DNA of 64,000 bases from Selaginella moellendorffii (Eukaryota > Plantae > Lycopodiophyta): contig NW_003314261.1 of the NCBI RefSeq assembly GCF_000143415.4, forward strand, positions 5,915,620 through 5,979,619, written 5' to 3'. The translations under genes and the position numbers were made by a program. This document shows, piece by piece, positions 1 to 12,796 of this stretch (position 1 is its first letter; each line of letters starts with the position of its first letter). Below the pieces are notes generated by a model that had not been told where the DNA came from, searched no databases, and was given only the letters and a program-made list of their open reading frames with translations.

Positions 1-559
1 ACAAAAGTCAAGTGTAAGCCTTTTTTTTAATGCAGGTTCCAAATGATTGTAATTCAGCAGGGCAATATTTCTATCTACCAAGTAGAGTAATGGGAACTAT
101 TGCAAACCATTGTTGAAGAGCTGTAATATTTAAAAATTACGGTGCAAAAGCCAGTGCTACTTTTTCAAAGCTAAGAAATTGGTTCCCTTTCAACAAAGTT
201 TGCTGCTGGGTTTTGCCTTTAAAGCAGAAGCTGGTGTGCCAAATCCAAACCCTTCACACTCACCCGAGGAGAGGAACTATGTCGTGTGGTCTGTTACACA
301 GGTGGAGCTCGTTCATACGTACATGGACTTCCTCTTCCATGGGGGCTGCTATCTGGTTCGGCTGGATGAGCTGTATTATTTGGATTTATTTAGTTTATTT
401 TCTGGCAATTTGAAATTTGTTTTATACCATCATTCTAATTAATGATGAGAGGACCATATTATAGATTAAAACTTTTTTCTCAATCTATTTTTTAATATCT
501 GTAAGACATGATGTTTTTCCTTTTTCTCAATCTCATTTTAATATTTGTCATGCTCATTG

Positions 560-3415
560 AATAGCCCACCGCTTGATAAGACTTATCATTCCGTTCAGCT
601 GTTGAATCTGTAATAATAACAAATACAGCTCAAAAAATACAAAATCATCTGAGAGGGATTAGAGGAAGATCAAGTACATTCTTTTGGGTTTTCAGCAACT
701 GCCATTTTTAGATGTGCCTCCGCTCTGAAATGGAAATTTAAAGTCAGTAATAGATACAATTCATACGTACTTCAGTGATAGTTCCCTCAATGTAGCTAGT
801 TTAGGGAAGTTATGTATTGGCTGAGCATCTTTCAATGTGGAGGTGATCTCAGTGTCTGTTTTTTTTCTAAATAGAAACTTTGCCATTTGTGATTTTACAT
901 TATGGAAATCATCAGATTTTGAGTTAGCTTAAATTTAATTTATGTTTCTCACAAATTTACACCAAATACCTTATCTATTTCATTAACAAAGTGAGATTCC
1001 GATGCCTTTGTTGCTTTTCTTTGAAAATGTTTGGTGTCCTCGCAATCTTAGGACAATGATTAGCATTGTGAATATATTTTAGCAAAGAAACATCATTCTT
1101 GTGTTAAAAGGTTCTACCGTGAAGATGTTCTATTTGTTGTTCATTCTGAAATTGGTATAAAGTTTTTTCTTTATGCGTCATGTTTTTTTTCTCGGTAGCA
1201 AAAGCAATCAGCAACTGGTCTATCAGTCTGTTTTTTCTGAAAGTCCTTCCTGTGTAGAAAAAGAATTAATAAAAAGGTATAAACAAGCAAGCCAATCATA
1301 ATCTTTTCTGCATTATTTGCAGTTGATACTCTAATTGTTGAACAATAAGTGTTCTTTCAAATCCTTGTTTGTCATGAGTGGGCTCCACAAAGTTTGCTTC
1401 CAAAACTCCTAAATAACCTTAAAGAATGTATCAAAGACCAATAGTAGAATAGTAAAACTTGCCATAGACACCTCGCCCTTATTTTCGTGATGAATTCCAT
1501 ATTTTCCAAAAGGGCTGTCATATATTAAATGAGAAAAATGATCTTTTTGAATGATTGGTTACCTTAATAAGTCGGTTTTTGTGGTAGACATTAAATCCTT
1601 GTATATCTATTTGTTGTGTGTACCAAAAGTGTACTTTTGCAGATATCTACATTCAAAGTTGAATAAATATCAAAGAAAATTTTAATAATGGGGACAACTA
1701 CTTTTAAATCATTTTGAAACTTGAAATTAAGATGCTCTATATGCATTGCATCACTCCTTATGTCAGAGTGTTCAACTTCTTGATTTCGAAGAGTGATCTT
1801 GAAGTTTTTTGGTAGATGCAAATACAACATTGAAATATATACCTACAAACCTGAGTGGATGAGAAAGTGTATTTTAAATTTTTTCTTACCCGTAAAGAAA
1901 CTTTGTACAGGAAAAAGTGTTTAATACTGGAATACTTTTTTGCCATTTCACATTGTATGTCATGTTGACCATTTCTAATTTGGATATCCTTGATGGGTGT
2001 CAGAAAAGTAAAATTTTAAAATATAAAACATACATGAGGATCAGATTTGAAGTCTAGTTCAATTTGTTGCTCGTCATTCTCCCATAGATTATAGATAATT
2101 ATTCTTGTCCCTTGGTCATTAATTTTCTTGAACTTGAATAGTAGAGACACATAACTTAAGATTATTGATCTAGAGTACCTACTTGGCTATGAATAGATCC
2201 TTCATTTTGATAAGGACTCCATTTAGTGATTACGTCCATACAAATTTTCCAATCTTGATGTGTACATTTATGGATCTCTTTTAACTCAAGCCCATTTCCT
2301 TCATAATCCAGCTGCAAATATGAACAATGTGATGTATACACATCTAAGAGAATTTATCCACTCAAAACCATTGGAACTATAATATCTTGCTGCACTGTAT
2401 CACAGAGAAAGCTATAAGAGAGTAATCCCACACTTTGAATAAATCTGTACACAATGTTAAATAAAGTGGCAAAAAATATGGCAGTCAACTCTTATACCTG
2501 TCACCTACTGCAGTGTTTGATTTTGAAAATACAATGACATCTGCACCAAGGCGCATTGTACTTGTCTTGAAACCATTTCCATCTGGTAGTATAAATAATA
2601 TTAAAAAATGTAAAAAAAAAGATGGCACTTACATTGTCCAATTGTTCTACTGGCTGTGTCATTTACAGAATACCCAAAGGACATACATTGTCGCAAATGA
2701 TCAAGAGTCATTCCACCACCATTGTCTAAATTAACAAATACAATGTTACTTGCATAAAGAAAGAAAAAAGGAAAAAAAAAATGTCTTACAAACCTTCAAA
2801 CAAAAGCATTGGCATGCCATTAACTGGATTCTTGAGAACATCTATGTTGGCAAATGTCGCTCCATTTGTTGTCTAGTCGAGTGCATTATCAAGCAGCTCT
2901 GCTATTGCTGCAAAAAGTGTAAGATCATGCATTAGAAAAAAAAGAGGAACAGTGATATGCCTATTTGAATTACCACCAAAAGCCCACTTGTGGCTTCTTG
3001 CATTAGAATGAAGGAATTTGGGATGCATTTGTACGTGGTCCATTCCAGCTACAAAACCACGTAATGAGTTACTTCCTTAAAAAGCAGTCATAATGAGCAA
3101 GGACCTGGCATTGTTTGTGCATTAGAACCATCGTAATTTCCTGCTTTCCAAAACTAGGAACATTGTCTTGGCTGCTGTGTACAAACAACTGTTTTATCAT
3201 TCTGTGCGGCATCCCCCTGATTTGGGAAAAACTCAAGAAAGTCGGCAGGCATGCACTCGATCTTAGGTTTCTTGTACTGGTTGCCGGCAACACCAGCTCT
3301 TGTCTTTCCAAAATTGGTGGACTTGTTTAGAATCAGACAGGGATTGATGCCTCTGGCAGTGAGCTCTTAGTCCCCTCCCATCCTTATGTGGGCCTTCAAG
3401 CACTCAATGATACAG
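560..3415 (-). pseudogene. MORC: MORC (Microrchidia) GHKL ATPase pseudogene, multi-exon
   Basis: Minus-strand exons translate to FWKAGNYDG, HPKFLHSNARSHKWAFG, AIAELLDNALD*, DNGGGM..MSFGYS, GNGFKTSTMRLGADVIVFS, GTRIIIYNLWE, LYLHLPKNFKITLR, QGFNVYHKNRLIK, PFWKIWN, GVLEANFVEPTHDKQGFERT, all plant MORC motifs. In-frame stops at 2873-2875 (TAG) and 1479-1481 (TAA). Ends approximate. Confidence 0.93.
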
Positions 3416-4067
3416 TTTGAGAATGCAAAAGTTACAGAGATTCAGAAACAGTGCAACTAAAGAAACGTGCGTAACATATAGTCTGGTGTCGTTTTGTTGA
3501 GCACACATATACCTAGATGCATAATGCCCTGTCACGACACAATTTTATTTTCTAATTGAGTTTCAAGTGTGGTCTTTTGAATGCAACCTATTCTGTGACC
3601 ACACACCAATCAAATTCATTTCTAATCTTTCCAATTAAAGACACATGGGTATCATAATCATTACAAACAACTGTTCACTGTTCATTTTTACACTGCTTGC
3701 TGATCATTTTTTTCTAAAGTCTTACAATCTTGTCACTGATAGCAGTCCTATTTTCACTCTTGCAAAGAGATGGAATTCCAATTGGAATAGTATGTATTCT
3801 CCATTTGAGTGGGATGGCCGTTCCTGAAACATTTTTTTTTTCTGTGAAAAGTATGGTGCAATACCTTAGCCAAGCTGGGAGACAACAGAGCCTAGAGGGC
3901 ATGTATACAAGTATTAGTTACTGGGTTTGTGTTTTTCTGGTAACTGAATATCATGCACCATTACAAGATTTGAAGTCCATGTTGTGAAACTTTAGAAGCA
4001 ACTTTGTTTTTTGCTGGATCCTTGGATAAGCTGTGATCATTTCCAGCACAACTCAATCATCGATTTG

Positions 4068-5148
4068 ATGGTATGTACTGTTTTAAGGACATATTGAGTT
4101 TTTTAGAACAAAAAGAATGTGCAGCCAGAAACCTCACTTAGGCTTTCAACTGCCTAGGTAAAATGGAAATCTTATTTTCTTAAGAGCCAATCATGCTGAC
4201 TTTTGATGGGCATCTGCAGTGGTGTTTTGAGCAGTGGGAGTTGGAAGTGAAGGGAATTATATGCTGGCTGGGTGAGTTCTACCTTTTCAAAGTCAGTTGA
4301 TAAAATTATAAACTACAAATTAACTTTATAAACGATAGATTTCTACTTCTTCCGTTATGTTTTCAGAGGTTTTTACATGCAAATGAAAGACCGCTAGGTT
4401 GCTATGCTGGATTGGATTGCCAGGTGCGGTCAGGCAAGAGAAACAGGTCTTGTCCCCACATTCACATGCAACATTCCTCTTTTTTCTTTCCTCTGCTACC
4501 TGACTGCTTCTCTGTTTTGGGCTGCTCCCAGATTCGGGTCGGAGCGATCGAGCAAGATGGATCCATTAGAGTTAATCAGAGCTTCACTTTTGACATCAAG
4601 GATCCAAATGTACAATTTTTGCAGCTTTGCAAGTTTTTTTCTACTGACGAGTTTGGGTGGTTGGGCAGAATGCAGTTCTGCTGTTACACGTTGTTTCTAA
4701 GACACGTTTTGGAGGAGAAGACTCGCTTGGGATTTCTACGGAAGTTCATGTTGCTGATCTTCTCGTTAAAAAGGGAGGTCTGAGGAAGGTGTCTTTTCTC
4801 CTTGTGCCACCTTATTGCTCTGTTTCATTTCAGGTGGTCAAGATGGAAAAACCAAGTGGTATGATCTTTCTGGGAAGAGATTAATGCCGGGGAAGGTGAT
4901 CAGTCTGTTCGCTTGACTTTTAAAAATGTTCGTTGTTGTCGTGTATTTGCAGGTTTTAATGGACTTAGATGCAAGAATAGCTGAACCCGAGCATGATATC
5001 AGTGTTTTCTTGGGTACATGGAATGTAGGAAATGCAAGACCGGTATGTCAGCTATAATTTTGGACCAATTTGCTGATCTTTGGTAGCTCAGGCTGTGGAT
5101 TTGTCATCGTGGCTTATTACAAAGAGCAAGCATGCTGAATTGCTCTAA
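4068..5148 (+). pseudogene. Truncated fragment: C2-like region followed by the start of an inositol polyphosphate 5-phosphatase domain
   Basis: Spliced exons give VLLLHVVSKTRFGGEDSLG..KWYDL (C2-like), then ISVFLGTWNVGNARP|AVDLSSWL (N-terminal motif of 5-phosphatase catalytic domains). The frame stops at ~5148 with no further catalytic motifs. Confidence 0.65.
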
Positions 5149-5682
5149 GAAACCTTTACTTCTTCTTGGTACATATCCATTTCATTTGAGGATTCAAAAA
5201 GTGCAGTGTCACCTCCTTTCCTTTGTTAAAAAATATAAATAAAATACAAGAGATCTTTTCCAGTGTTCATCAAGGGGAATTCGTTTTCATTTTATCATCA
5301 AAAGAAAACTTAGTATCAAGAAGGTAAGTTAGGGCGAGTAAGCAATGGGCAGAGACTGACCACCACAATTCCTATAAGCCCGTGATTGGAGTTCGTTAAT
5401 GATATCAACATTGAAGCCACGTAACAAAGGTAGTGTGGGATTAAACTTGCAAGCTTGGTCCGAATTTGTTTTGAAGCAGGTTCATTCCAGTTCAAAACCA
5501 AGTCATCCACGTTTCATAGACATTCTAACCTTTGATGTCAATCTAATAGAAATTGGTTAACTTAAGTACAGAGTTTCATTACCAGCGTAAAGTTGATATA
5601 CACAGTTGTAAGGTTATGGTTTATATAACCATTTTATTGTGAGGAGCACTTGCATTTTTTATTTACTCCCAGTATAAGCCCT

Positions 5683-6960
5683 TCATTTTTTGGATGATGG
5701 TACAAAACCAATTACATCATTAGATACATCTAGCACAAACCTCCCCACGGGTGGATGTTTTATCATTTGTGTCTTGACATGTGTCGAATCCTTTTTCCAG
5801 CTCGTAAGAATTGGTTCTTTAGAACCGTAAAGATGATCAACTAAGTATGATGGAATGTTAACATCCCTGGTCGTATTTTCCACGTGTATCTTCCCCTTTA
5901 AAGTCATAAGCTGTTTCACTGGGCCAACATACTTGCACACAGCACACACTGCAGTGTCTTTAGATGTTCTTTGTGTCACTATTGTATCACATGAGCTGCA
6001 AATGGTATGGATAAAAATAGGACGCAGCCTATCTATCTCAAACCATCCTGGCACCTGTAATTGATTTGATGTCTGTTTTAGCATGTATTATATCTCATGT
6101 GGCTTACCCCATTACAACATATAGCAAGACTCCGGTATAAGGCTGTTAAAAAATGGTTCTTTGCTGGATCAAGTATGCATGTGACGATAGTCATTCCAGA
6201 GACATTCGCTCTTTTAAATACACCATCTCCTTGTAAGTTTATAAAGCACCAGCTAGGAGCAGTTTCCGAAAGGAATTCATTTAGCATCTCTCTGAATATA
6301 TATATATTGCTTGCTAGGAATTTTACCTGGCACAAGTAAAATTGGGATCTATCAGTAATAGAATAAGTAAGTAATTATTCTATTACAGTTAACGTGTCGC
6401 TGGAGTCTCCATTGTCTGCAACTGTGATCTCAGCAGTATTATGTGCTAGGCTGTTGACCTTAATCATGACAGCTTCAATAGATCCAATTGAATCACGTCC
6501 CCTATGCATGTTAGTAAACTCTGCTATGCTTATTGTGGGCACAGACAGTCGCAACAAAGGAGGACTGTGCTGGAATTCTTCAACTATGGTTGTGTCCATG
6601 ATCTTCAGAGTAAATCCCCATGTCCCCCTATCATATTTTGGGACTGTGGGGATAACTTCAAAACCATACAACTTGAGCCATTTTCCTCTGGTAAATCCTG
6701 TGCATGTTTCTCTGCTACTTCGTGGAACATCCATATAGTAATAGTTTCAGTGCCACCAAAGTCAGTCATGTCTACATGCAGTCGATTGCCTCCATGCACA
6801 AGGCCTCATTTGAGACCGTAGCTGTTGAGTGTATACCCTGCAAACATTAACGTGCTTGCACTCTCGTCAATGCCAGTTATTTCAATTGCTGCTGAGATTT
6901 CCATATGTTGGAGTTGCTTGATGTTTGTAATTTGCTGTGTTTCCATAGAAGATAAAGCTA
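5683..6960 (-). pseudogene. RPA70-like OB-fold ssDNA-binding protein (Helitron accessory gene), frameshifted
   Basis: VDMTDFGG..ITIWMFHEVAEKH / GKWLKLYGFEVIP..KY..LKIMDTTIVEE resembles RPA1 DBD-A; C-terminal CSSC..CAVC C4 zinc ribbon resembles DBD-C. Frameshift near 6690. Same strand as the Helitron helicase. Confidence 0.6.
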
Positions 6961-8883
6961 CAAGATTTTATCAAGGTTAGTAATTCTACAGTTTGTTTTC
7001 TAAATTACCTTGACCAACCGAAACATTAGCTGTATATGCAATGGAGTCTTCCCTGTGCGTTTCTTCATGAGGTGTTTCATCTTTGTTTGAAACATATTTC
7101 ACATTTAATTATTCTTAGCTAAAACATAACATACCTCCATCAGTAGCTAATGCTCTTGATTTCAGACAATCTAATTGTCATTAAAAAAACATAGAAAGTA
7201 AAAGAAATGTTTGGATGGACTTTAAAATAACTTTTTTTTTGCAATTTGTACCTTCATTAACAACGCTGGTGTCTTCCTGACATGGTTCTGTAACTTTGAA
7301 AAAAGAAAGATTGCAAGTGTTTAGAAAAAATAGTAAAGTCATTTTTTTTGCTTTGTAACCTTCATCGATGATGGCAGTATCTGCCTTTTTTGATTCCGAT
7401 TGGTCTGTAGGAATTTAAAAACTTTTAGGAAAACAAAAAAATGAAAATTGTGTAATATTGTTATACCTTTTCCTTGCATATTCTCAATTTCCATCTCACA
7501 TGCTTTGTGTTTTCTTCTTTGAACCTCAGCTGTGCATTCTTCAATGCAATCCCTGGAAATTCAGACAAACTAATAACGAAAATACCTTCTTCAACATCAT
7601 TTATCGGAGGAATTGTGGTCAATGTGTCTTTAAGCCTCTTTCGATTGCTCTCTCTTGGTGCCTTTGAAGGTCCAAGCACTTTAAAAATAGCTTTGGAAAT
7701 GTGTGTACAAACCAAGAGTGTCTCTTTCCATCTCTTTATCGTTACCTGACCTAAAAATAAATCCCCTCTTTTAAAATTAATAATATTTGGACAAATGTGA
7801 AAGGTATCTAGAGAGGGCAATTCATTAGACGATCAACAAATGAGTTCAGCAATTGTTATCTAGGTGGATCACTCGGATGAAAGGAAGGATATTGTATTTT
7901 ATGGCTGAGATACACTATAATGAGGTATATGGTCAATACTTTGGCCCGAACTAAATGTATACTTTGGCTGAATATTGTATTTTATGGGTGAGCATTGTAT
8001 ACATCGGCCCAGTTTGCAGCGTTGCCAATTGGCCGCTTCATGGCTGCACTATTGCCCACCAGGGTCTACTACACGGGCTCAGGGTTTTTCACTCAATCCA
8101 GGGCTCTTCATCAAGAAGGAGCGTCTTCATCACCATCTTCACCAATGTTGGCTCTGCAGTTGGGAATGGTGGTGTTTGTGTGGTCTTCATCATCATACCA
8201 TAACTTTCTACAGGATGAAGTTCCATTTCTACAATGAGCTCTTGCTGGTGATCACCACTCAGGTAAGAAAACAAGCTTTTCTTGCTTGCTTTCCTTTGAA
8301 GTGTTTTGGTCGAAGTCAACTTGGATGGGCTGGTCTTTTGCGAAAGAATCTGGTGGAGCTACTATCTCGCGTGATTATATCATGAATACTATCTTGCGTG
8401 TTCGACAGGACTTTGCATGACAAGGTAAGCGTTAAGGACCTGTCAAGGATCTAGTTCTTCCTCTCCTTTGTCTTTGCGTACTACGCACTCCCATGCTACT
8501 TCCTCAGCATTCTCTCCTCCATCCCTGGGTTTGCTGGGCCTTCTCCATCTCGGTCCTGGCACAGCATCTCAGGTTGGGCTTCCAGAAGCTTGGCCTCGAC
8601 TGGGATCTGCATAGAAATCCTCTTGTCCTCTATTCTTCATCATTGCAAACGTCATCATGGGCTACATCCTCATTGCTTACATAATGTTGTCAGCTTACTA
8701 ATGGACCAACTTCTACAATGCCAAGAAGTTTTCAAACTTCTCTAGCTACCTGTTTACGTCTAAGGGCCAGTTCTACGACATACACATGGACATGGAATTT
8801 TTTGAGTCTGTAGTTATTTGAACAAAGATCATGGTTTCTATCCATTGTCTCAATAAAGTGATTTTGACTTCAGAATTATGCTT

Positions 8884-9660
8884 TTACATCAGCTTTCCTT
8901 TCAAAGCTATTTCTAAGAGTTCCATGGCATCTTTAAATGGATTGTAGTCGAAAATTACTTCAGCATGATTTGGATCAATTTGCATCGCTATTCCTTCTAG
9001 TCGAATTGGATGCCATTCTCTAGGATTTATTTTCTGATGTAAATCCGTTAGTCTCTCTAGGAGCTTTTCCGACATGTTTCGATTCATGCGGCAACAAGTC
9101 TTAATGGGGACTCCAAAACCATAGTGCAGTGTGGTGAAGGTGTACTGCGTTATACCGTTGGTTTTTGTTGTATAGATCCTCTGGATCTCATTTTTCTTTG
9201 GAAGCTCATTTCTTTTTCTAACTCTTTTGCTGCTTAATTTTTCAGCTATGACAACCGCCAGGCCTGTGAAGTTAGTTGCCAGTTTCGGAATTCAATAAAT
9301 GTTAATGTTCAATAATTACCTGAAGCGACATCTTCATTTCTATGGAACTTGCGGAAACGTCAAATTTTTCTTTCATATTCATCTATGAGCCTAGAACAGC
9401 CTTGTCTTGTGTCAAAACCATAAATATAATCTTCCGGTGCGCATCCCATGACGTTTAGATATCTAACCTGTTTATCATTAGGATAGAACCTACAGAAAAG
9501 AGAACAATATGAATCATACATCAAAGTATAATATCACACCTTTGGTTTATTTTTGTGTCACGATTCCATTTTCGTTCTTTTGCCTTGTCATTCAAACTTT
9601 TCAATGCTTCTTCCCATTTTTCATCTTCCCCCATTTGTATCTCTTGTGCTTCACTCATGT
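8884..9660 (-). pseudogene. Decayed multi-exon gene of unknown function
   Basis: GT-AG-bounded coding-like exons (MGEDEKWEEALK.., RFYPNDKQVRYLNVMG.., MNRNMSEKLLERL..) with an internal stop; no family recognised. Confidence 0.35.
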
Positions 9661-11069
9661 TGCCGGTATGACCTAGATATGTAAGTACATGTCTTTTCAT
9701 TTTTCTTACTTATGACACGTCATCTGCTGCATACGTTACAGTTTGGACAGTGTATGTTTAAGTTTTGGACGTTGTCTAAAGTCGTAAAGTTATCATCAAC
9801 ATGATTGAAGCTTTGCAATTTTTTTTTACAGATGAATGGTCTTGTTTGGATGCTTTACATTCTTTGATCGGAATATGGTGGTTCTGGTATATAGCAGATT
9901 CTTATATATCAATGTTTCTGTAATGACATATTGTTCTTAAAAGGCTGGTATTCGTAGTAGATTTCTTGCAAGCTCTGGTGAGAGTAGTGAGCTTTGTTAC
10001 AATAAAAAGATGTAGATGTTCGCCTGTTGTGGCATAGCAGTTTTTAGGTTTCTGCTAGCTCAGTTCTTAATTAATATAGTAGTACATGTTTTATACATTT
10101 TAATTAATAAATATTTATGTTAATTATTTAATATTTGAATCTATATTCGTCATACCTAACACTAGTTGCTCAATCAAATTTTATTTGGCCTTTTCTGTTC
10201 CCATCCTCAATGTTCTTCATGATCTTTCATGCTATAAATAGGTATATATATTTATTAAATATAAATATATGCTTGTTTATAGGATGATTAATTCCACATA
10301 TACTTGCTATAAGGAACATGATGTTAACATTAACATATTTAGACGTAAAATAAGGGTTAAAAATAATTAAACGTAGACTAAGGTTTTAAAACACATCTCC
10401 TAGGATACATCACCACTATTTGGTGGTAATACTCCTACCTGCTTCGGTGATAGCGCTCTATTGCATGTAATTATGCTACAGTGCATTGTCAAGCGAGCCG
10501 TGAGACTACAATTGAATCGGAGTGCCCACGCTCATCATGGGAATGNNNNNNNNNNNNNNNNNNNNNNNNNNNNNNNNNNNNNNNNNNNNNNNNNNNNNNN
10601 NNNNNNNNNNNNNNNNNNNNNNNNNNNNNNNNNNNNNNNNNNNNNNNNNNNNNNNNNNNNNNNNNNNNNNNNNNNNNNNNNNNNNNNNNNNNNNNNNNNN
10701 NNNNNNNNNNNNNNNNNNNNNNNNNNNNNNNNNNNNNNNNNNNNNNNNNNNNNNNNNNNNNNNNNNNNNNNNNNNNNNNNNNNNNNNNNNNNNNNNNNNN
10801 NNNNNNNNNNNNNNNNNNNNNNNNNNNNNNNNNNNNNNNNNNNNNNNNNNNNNNNNNNNNNNNNNNNNNNNNNNNNNNNNNNNNNNNNNNNNNNNNNNNN
10901 NNNNNNNNNNNNNNNNNNNNNNNNNNNNNNNNNATTTTGTTGCTCATAGCTTCACTCATTTTTTCAGCGCTGTTATATACATATCACATGGGCTGTTCCT
11001 TCATTTCCCTTTTTTATCTTATAAAAAACATAAGCATGAAGCATCACTTGTTTCTTTTTTCCTATGAAT

Positions 11070-11339
11070 CTACAGTGGTGTTCTGCTTCCAGGGTCTTTA
11101 TCAATTTTTTGCACTGAAGCAGTGAGATCTCCATCTTTATCTATGTTTATAGTGCATATGTCTCCGATTTCACTTCCATGATTCTTTAAGAATATCTGCC
11201 AGTTTGTATCGGTCTCAAATATATTGTCGTTTTTTGTACCAGAGCACAGTTTGAACATGAATTCAGATGTTTCATCGAACACACAGATAATGTTTTGATT
11301 GTTGCAGCGGAAACAGTCTTCCATAGTTTTTCTTGTCAA
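11070..11339 (-). CDS. Short B3-domain-like ORF (weak)
   Basis: NWQIFLKNHGSEIGDICTI matches the W..F...(H/N)G...GD.C signature of B3 DNA-binding domains. Confidence 0.35.
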   Translation of the reverse strand: MTRKTMEDCFRCNNQNIICVFDETSEFMFKLCSGTKNDNIFETDTNWQIFLKNHGSEIGDICTINIDKDGDLTASVQKIDKDPGSRTPL

Positions 11340-11500
11340 TTCATTTGGAAACTGCTAGTGGTTTTCAAATATTTTTTCTACAAATTATAAAATACAACAC
11401 GCATACATACTGTCAACCAAACACCTTTGCAGAAGTGGAAAGGACGAAGAATGAATGAAAAATTCATTCTATTTGACCTAAACCTAACTACCAGTTTCAC

Positions 11501-12796
11501 ATGGAAAAGAACTTTGTTCCCCCCAATCTACCCAGAGATGTAGTTTTCAGAATTGCAGAAAGCAATGGCTTTTGTAGCGCAGTTTTTTCATGTGTAGCTA
11601 AAGAATTTTACATGGAATTTCAAAGTGATAGAATTTGGCAATTGCATTGTGAACAGGATTTTTCTGTCTACATGTGTACAGATTACGAAGGTAGACGCTG
11701 CAGAACGTACAAGGTTTGTATTTTCACTGATTTGCTTAAAACAAATGTCAAACTTTGCTACAGGAAACTTACAAGAGTTGGTTCAATGTGTTCAAACGCT
11801 ACAATTATAATATTACCTCTGTAACCAGAAAGTTGTGCCTTAAAATACGAAACTTCCTCAGATTTAAAGGTTTTGAGTACATGTCAACCAAAGGTTTACC
11901 AAATAACGTCATAAATGAAGCGAAGGCAATTTTGAATGTCAACCTTCCAAATTCTTTAAGATGTCTACTGCTTTCTATGGATGGTCAGCCTGAAAATTGT
12001 ATCATCAGTGGTTTACAGCATCAAGAATACAGAGGTTTTATTGGTACTTATTGGACCTGCAATACATTTATATGCTCGAAATTACTTTCACTCCGAGAGA
12101 TTTGCTCGTTCACCATAGACTTGAGATTATCTGTGCCTTGTTTCCCTGCTAACTTGGTATCATTTGGTTGCTTGTTGGATGCTTCAAAAATTTACTTTAT
12201 AAATGTTCATTCAGGTAATGTAGACTGAACGTTAAAGACGTCTCATTAGTAATTGGCTGAACAGGTGATATTTTCATAACTTCAAAAGATTTCAGACTCA
12301 ATTCTGAAGTTATGTTGTGTACACCTATATCTGTTCGTGGTGAGATGTCACTCATTTGCTGGCTTGCAAAGCTTTCATCTAATCTGCATACTGGAAAATC
12401 TCGTTTAATTCAAAACCCCATTAAAGCTATATTTCAAGGTGGTTTGGCAGCAAATAGACTGTATCATGTAAGGCTTTACCAGTTTGTTCTTTGCGAATTC
12501 ATTGTGTCTATGTCCTTTAGCATGGTTGTGTACCAATACCGGAGTTGTCATCCTTTGCCAGTGATGAGTTTACATATGTAGCATTTATATGCATAGATTC
12601 AGAATACCTCTCACTGTACAACAACATATACCTTTGTGCATCACACAAGTCAAAAAGTAATGTCAATGATACTCTTTTGCACAAATTTAGCATATGGTTT
12701 GGTTCTCAAGAGGTAAGAATCTTTACTTGGTATTATATAGATGATAAATTAGTGTACAGGAGTATTGCTATGATGGAAGAACATATGGTGTCATGA
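11501..12796 (+). CDS. SKIP16: Divergent SKIP16-like protein (F-box + SMI1/KNR4-like + start of ApaG-like domain)
   Basis: Exons 11501-11713, 11764-12214, 12265-~12467 and ~12521-12712 splice in frame: LPRDVVFRI..SCVAK..IWQLHCEQDF..RTYK|ETYKSW..KG..INEAKAILNVNLPNSLRCLLLSMDGQ..GFIGTY..LLSLREI..KIYFINVHSG..CWL..LHTG..PIPELSS..FTY, colinear with plant SKIP16 as I recall it. Confidence 0.72.

Noticed and set aside
10461-11125. ORFs containing X runs (also 18804-19413, 57975-58329, 61992-62359)
   Set aside because: Artefacts of translating N gaps.
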